Assembly (NCBI GenBank): GCA_033442325.1
Contig: JAWQFM010000034.1
Span: 124,001-188,000 of the forward strand
Reading direction: 5' to 3'
DNA length: 64,000 nt
DNA from: Salpingoeca rosetta
Taxonomy: Eukaryota; Protista; Choanoflagellata
The translations under genes and the position numbers were made by a program. This document shows, one piece after another, positions 40,543 through 64,000 of this stretch (its first letter is position 1; every line of letters begins with the position of its first letter). Under the pieces are notes generated by a model. That model was not told the origin of the DNA. It searched no databases and saw nothing but the letters and a program-made list of their open reading frames with translations.

Positions 40543-41019
40543 TTCCTCCCACCTCCACGCACACACACGCCCACTCACTCTGCAAACTTGAGGGCCATGC
40601 CCTTGCCAATGCCGCTGCCGCCACCGGTGATTAGCACAATCTCCTGCGAGAAGGAGCAGTGGTGGCGATGTAAGCCATAGTGTGAAGTGGTGCAAGCCAA
40701 CCATGTACCACTGTTGTCACAACAAGCAAGCAAGCAAACAAACAAACAAACAAACAAACAAACAAATAAACAAACAAACAAACAAACAAACAAACAAACA
40801 AACAAACGAATAAAGCAAGCGAGCAGTGTGTCTCTATCCTCATTCATTCTCGTCCCTCACCACCATCCACCCACCCTCACTTCCCACCACCCCTCTCACA
40901 CTCACGTCCTTCACGCCCTTCAGTGGCCACCAGACGTTGGAGACCAGGCGTCCCAGCATGTGCACGGGCGTGGCAAGCACAAGCCCAACGCCAGTGGCAA
41001 CATCCTTCAGCACGTTCAT
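37643..41019 (-). CDS. Short-chain dehydrogenase/reductase, SDR16C family (retinol dehydrogenase RDH10/SDR16C5-like)
   Basis: About 11 exons. Motifs [35 protein letters not shown], catalytic [30 protein letters not shown]. Confidence 0.92.
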
Positions 41020-41187
41020 CTTCAATCGATCAAGGCAAAGCAAAGAAAGAGCAACAAGCGTTGTTGTGTTGTTGTTGTTGTGGCAGTGAATTGTAGATAA
41101 TTTGTGAACATTTTCTGGCAATTTTCGACACGGCGCCAGTTTGCGAGGAGGACAACAACAGCGAATCACAAGCCAGCAAGCAGCACG
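41020..41187. promoter_or_regulatory. Probable bidirectional promoter between the SDR and LCAT-like genes
   Basis: Divergent ATGs at 41019 (-) and 41188 (+) are only 168 nt apart. Confidence 0.55.
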
Positions 41188-42365
41188 ATGCCTGGAGCAG
41201 CTGTTGTTGTGGTGGTGGTGTCTGTGGCAGCTGTGGCTGCGGTGATGGTGCAGGGGCACCCGATGCTGCACTACTACTCTGGACTGAAGCACCACGAGGA
41301 TGACCACGTTGTGTCGGTGGAGGAGCCCGTGGCTCAGACGACGGAGGAAGGACCAGCGAGCAACAACCTGCCGCCCATTGTGTTTGTGCCTGGTTTGACC
41401 AGCGCCGCGCTGGACGTGGAGCTGAACAACGCGCCATCCCTGTTTGGCTGCCCGCACACCACCGAGCCCGGAGAACCGTGAGCGTCATTGCTACTCTGTT
41501 GTGGTGGCTTTGTGTGTGTTCATGTGTGTTTGCCTGTGTTTGCCTGTGTGTGTGCGTGTGTGTGTGCGCGCGCGTGTGTGTCTGCGCGTGCGTGTGTTCA
41601 TGTGTGTGCGTGCGTGCGCACGCGTCTGTTGCACTTAATCATCCAAGTGATGCTCAACGATACTCAACGACTCCTATGTTGCAAATGTACGCGCGTTTAT
41701 GGGTCACGTGCAGGCTCCGCATGTGGCCTGCACAGATTAACTCCACCAAGGACTACTTCTGCTTCCTGGAGAACCTCAAGATGTGGTACGACCCGATTTC
41801 GAACCAGCTCCACAACCGCAAGGTCAGCAGCGTCGTGTATTTGCTGCCGCTCTTCTGTTGTGACGCACCGTCACTGCTTGTATTCGTGACGCACCGTCAC
41901 TGCTTGTGCTGTCGTGCTGTTGTTGTGCTGTTGTTGTGCTGTTGTTGTGCGGTTTGTGCGGTTTGTGTCGCTCCACAGCCACCAACCCCTTTTGCACACC
42001 CACACTCGTTCACACACTCGTTCACACACGACGCACACACACATACACACACACACACACACACACTCGTTCACACGCGCTGTCCTGCGATGTTCATCAT
42101 CAGGGCGAGAAGGTATTGGTTGAGGACTGGGGTGGCTTCGAGGGACTGCCGCTGTTCCGCAAGGTGTACACGCCGCTTGTCAAGAAAGGGTATGTCATTG
42201 GCAAGAACCTCTTTGGAGCTCCGTTTGACTGGCGCGGTCCTGCCCGCACATTCCCGGACTTTTTCGCCAACATGACAAAGACGGTGGGCTGTTGGTTGCT
42301 CTTCTTGCATTGTGGCTGCTTGTGAAGGCGTATTTGCTCGTGATTGCGTGTTTGTGTGCCGTGTT

Positions 42366-42433
<68 letters not shown>

Positions 42434-43413
42434 GTGTGTTGTTGTTGTGTCACACACACACACACGTCACAACACAGCACACCGATTCTTGTTTTCTCAC
42501 TTCCACCGTGCACTCTCAACCACGCAACCACCACCACAGATTGAGTCTGCGTATGCGCAGAACAACAACAGGAAAGTGGCCATCATTGCAGCGTCATATG
42601 GCCCGCAGTTTGTGCTTGCGTTCCTGCACCGCCAATCGCAGGCGTGGAAGGACAAGTACATCCACTGGTTCATTGCAGAGTCACCCGTCTGGAGCGGCTG
42701 TCCTGCCAGCCTCCTATCCTTGGTGTCCGGATATGACGTCAGCAACGGCACGCTCTCGCTCATGTTTTCGCGCCAGGTTGCCATGGAAACGGCGTCCTCC
42801 TTCTGGCTCCTCCCGCGCGCTGGCACCACCAACACCACATGGGGCAAGGTGCGTGTGCGTGCGTGCGTGTGCGTGCGTGCGTGTGTGTGTGTGTGCGTGT
42901 GTGTGTGTGTGTGTTTGTACGTGCGTATGTGTGTGCGCACATATGTGTGCGTATCTTTGTGCGTGCGCTTGTTTGTACGTGTGTGTGTGCATTTGTGCGT
43001 GCATGCTTGTGGTTTGGCACTCGTGCATCCGCGAACGTTGTCTCACCATCATCTCACCATCATCTCACTATCATCTCACTATCACCTCACGATCATCTCA
43101 CTGTCTCACCAATCACTGTCACCAACAACCCCATTCCTTCCCTTCCCAAATCACGCATCACCACGTAGGATGAGCCCATTGCGTTTACACCGAGCCGCAA
43201 CTACACGAGCAGCGACTACAAGCAGCTCATGACTGACATTGGATTTGGGTTCCGCACCCCCGCCATGGAGTACACCGTCAACGACACAGACCTGAAGGAC
43301 TTTGAGCACCCGGGCGTGAACACGTATGTCACGTACGGCTACAACCTCGACACCCCAGGTTGGGCGATTGCAGTGCTGATAGTGGTGCTGTTGATGATGC
43401 TGCTATTGTGTGA

Positions 43414-43460
<47 letters not shown>

Positions 43461-44073
43461 TCCTCTGTCATGCGGCTCTCTCCTTCAGACACGCGCCTGC
43501 ACACATGTTTCCAATCTCCGTGCCTCACACCCTTTGCTCTTGCTTCGTTCCTTCTTCCCTCCACCACCAACAATACCATGACACCTGCCCCGCCCTCTAC
43601 ATCAAGGCACGTTCGTGTGGGACGAGGACTTTGTGCACAACATCACGGGTGCCCCTCCGTATCCGCGTGTATTCAACGCGACAGATACCGGTGATGGCAT
43701 TGTTCCCGTTCGCTCGTCCATGCGCGCATGGCACGCCTGGCAAGATGACATGAAGCAGGTGCGTGTTCGTGTCGTGACATGGTGGAAGAGGGAGGTAGTG
43801 TGTGTGTGTGTGTGTGTGCTTGTATGTGTGTGTGTGTGTGCTTTTGTGGTGGCTTTGTGTGCGTCTGTGTGTGCTTTGTGTAAGTACGCAATGTCGCACA
43901 ATCACTTCATCACCACCGCCACCACCACTGCCCACTGTCCACTGCCACCACCATCAGGCAAAGAAGACGCTGATGTACAAAGGATACAATAAGCAGCAGC
44001 ACGCGCTCTGCATTCTCTCGACCGGAAGCGGCGCTTCGTGTTGGCACGAAGTCTTCCAGTGCGTGTGGTAGTG

Positions 44074-44143
<70 letters not shown>

Positions 44144-44308
44144 GGATGTGGAGGCAACGTGCTGAGTGTGATTGTGATGGCTGCTTTTGGCTGACTGTGT
44201 GTGCTCCTCGCTCACTAGTGCTTTTCAACACGTGCATGTGTGTGGTTGGTTGGTTTGCTCAGGCTGATTGTGAACGGCGTTGTGCCCCCAGGAGCTCGCA
44301 AAGTGTAG
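41188..44308 (+). CDS. LCAT / group XV lysosomal phospholipase A2-like acyltransferase
   Basis: Signal peptide, PIVFVPG, GAPFDWR, nucleophile elbow IAASYG, WKDKYI, GDGIVP (catalytic Asp), QQHALC (catalytic His). About 8 exons; the last is 44263-44308. Confidence 0.88.
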
Positions 44309-44373
44309 CAGCAACAAGCGACGTCTATTGCTGCTGTTCGGTTGACCCAACGCATCCCACATACACACAACAC

Positions 44374-44462
<89 letters not shown>

Positions 44463-44801
44463 CAAAGGCACTGCTCCGCCACTGTTCGCATCTTCCCATC
44501 GTTATGGCCCCCTTCACCGCGTACACATAAACACACAATCAGTTGACGAAAGCAATCTTGTATTCATCAGTTCACCGCCACTGCTTTCTCCCGTTTGCAC
44601 AGCACGAAACAAATCGACAGCCTGAGAAAGCACAGACACCCAGACAACCAGACGCACACGCACACACATACGCACACACATACGCGCGCACCTGTTGTTC
44701 ATGCAAGCTCTCATTGAACCGTCACAGCACGAGAAAACACAGTAGCAGTTCACACATCGTCCAATGAGAGAGACAGAGAGAGAGGGAGAGAGAGGAGAGG
44801 G

Positions 44802-44900
<99 letters not shown>

Positions 44901-44903
44901 CTG

Positions 44904-58600
<13,697 letters not shown>

Positions 58601-59123
58601 GGTGGTGGTGGCTGGTTGTTCGTGGCGCTGTGCTGGCTGAGTTCAGGCACGAAAATCAACTGGAATCATGCCCGATCTTCCCAACTACGGGTGGCTGTTG
58701 TTGTGACTTCTCGTGGGCTTGTGTGGGCTTGGAGGCAGTAAGCTTCTTGTGGGGTTGCCGCATTCTCCTATTCTCAGCAAAGCCTTCAGCCGCTGCAACC
58801 AAGCAACCGTGCAAGCGCTGCTGTGCTGCCGAACCATGTTTTATCTGTTATCACACGCCGCTTTGTGGCTTTGCTCCTTTGTCTTGGTTGGGCTTTCACT
58901 CACTGATAAATAGACAGAGCAGCACTCAGCCGCGCACAAGCACAAGCATGCAAGCATATAGGCATCATGCACCACGCACACAATGTACAAACATACTGGC
59001 AGACACATACACGACAAAGCACACCGCACAGCTCACGAACAACAATACAGTGCCTCACATGAAGCTGTAAAGCGTGAACTCACAACACACACTCTCTCCG
59101 TCCTTTCAAAACCCTCATCAACA

Positions 59124-63965
<4,842 letters not shown>

Positions 63966-64000
63966 CGAGGAAAACCCATCACCACCACCACCAACACCGC

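Overview
Intron-rich eukaryotic DNA from a draft assembly, with three N-gaps. The short introns packed with (GT)n/(CA)n microsatellites, the tyrosine kinases and the P-Rex-type GEF point to a choanoflagellate such as Salpingoeca (inference). Almost all ORFs in the six-frame track are microsatellite translation artefacts, so I rebuilt the genes by hand from splice junctions. In order: (1) a 23-exon, ~1233-aa gene fusing an N-terminal membrane anchor, a NUDT9-type ADP-ribose pyrophosphatase domain with an intact Nudix box, a PTB domain and a tyrosine kinase; (2) a single-domain globin; (3) a Kelch/mucin type-I membrane protein with an FDNPLY tail; (4) an SLC25 mitochondrial carrier; (5) a HADHB-type thiolase; (6) an intron-containing DinB-family gene; (7) a long low-complexity protein ending in RAD51AP1-like motifs; (8) a C2H2 zinc-finger protein; (9) an AMN1-like LRR protein; (10) an intron-containing tRNA-Tyr; (11) a GH43-like terminal exon beside a gap; (12) an SDR16C dehydrogenase divergent from (13) an LCAT/PLA2G15-like lipase; (14) a P-Rex-like RacGEF whose INPP4 domain keeps the full CKSAKDRT catalytic motif; and (15) the 3' part of an HM-motif tyrosine kinase. 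The best candidates for new biology are the membrane-tethered NUDT9-PTB-kinase, the P-Rex with a possibly active 4-phosphatase, the RAD51AP1-like protein, and complementary repeats at opposite ends of many introns. All family assignments rest on recalled motifs; no database search was run.
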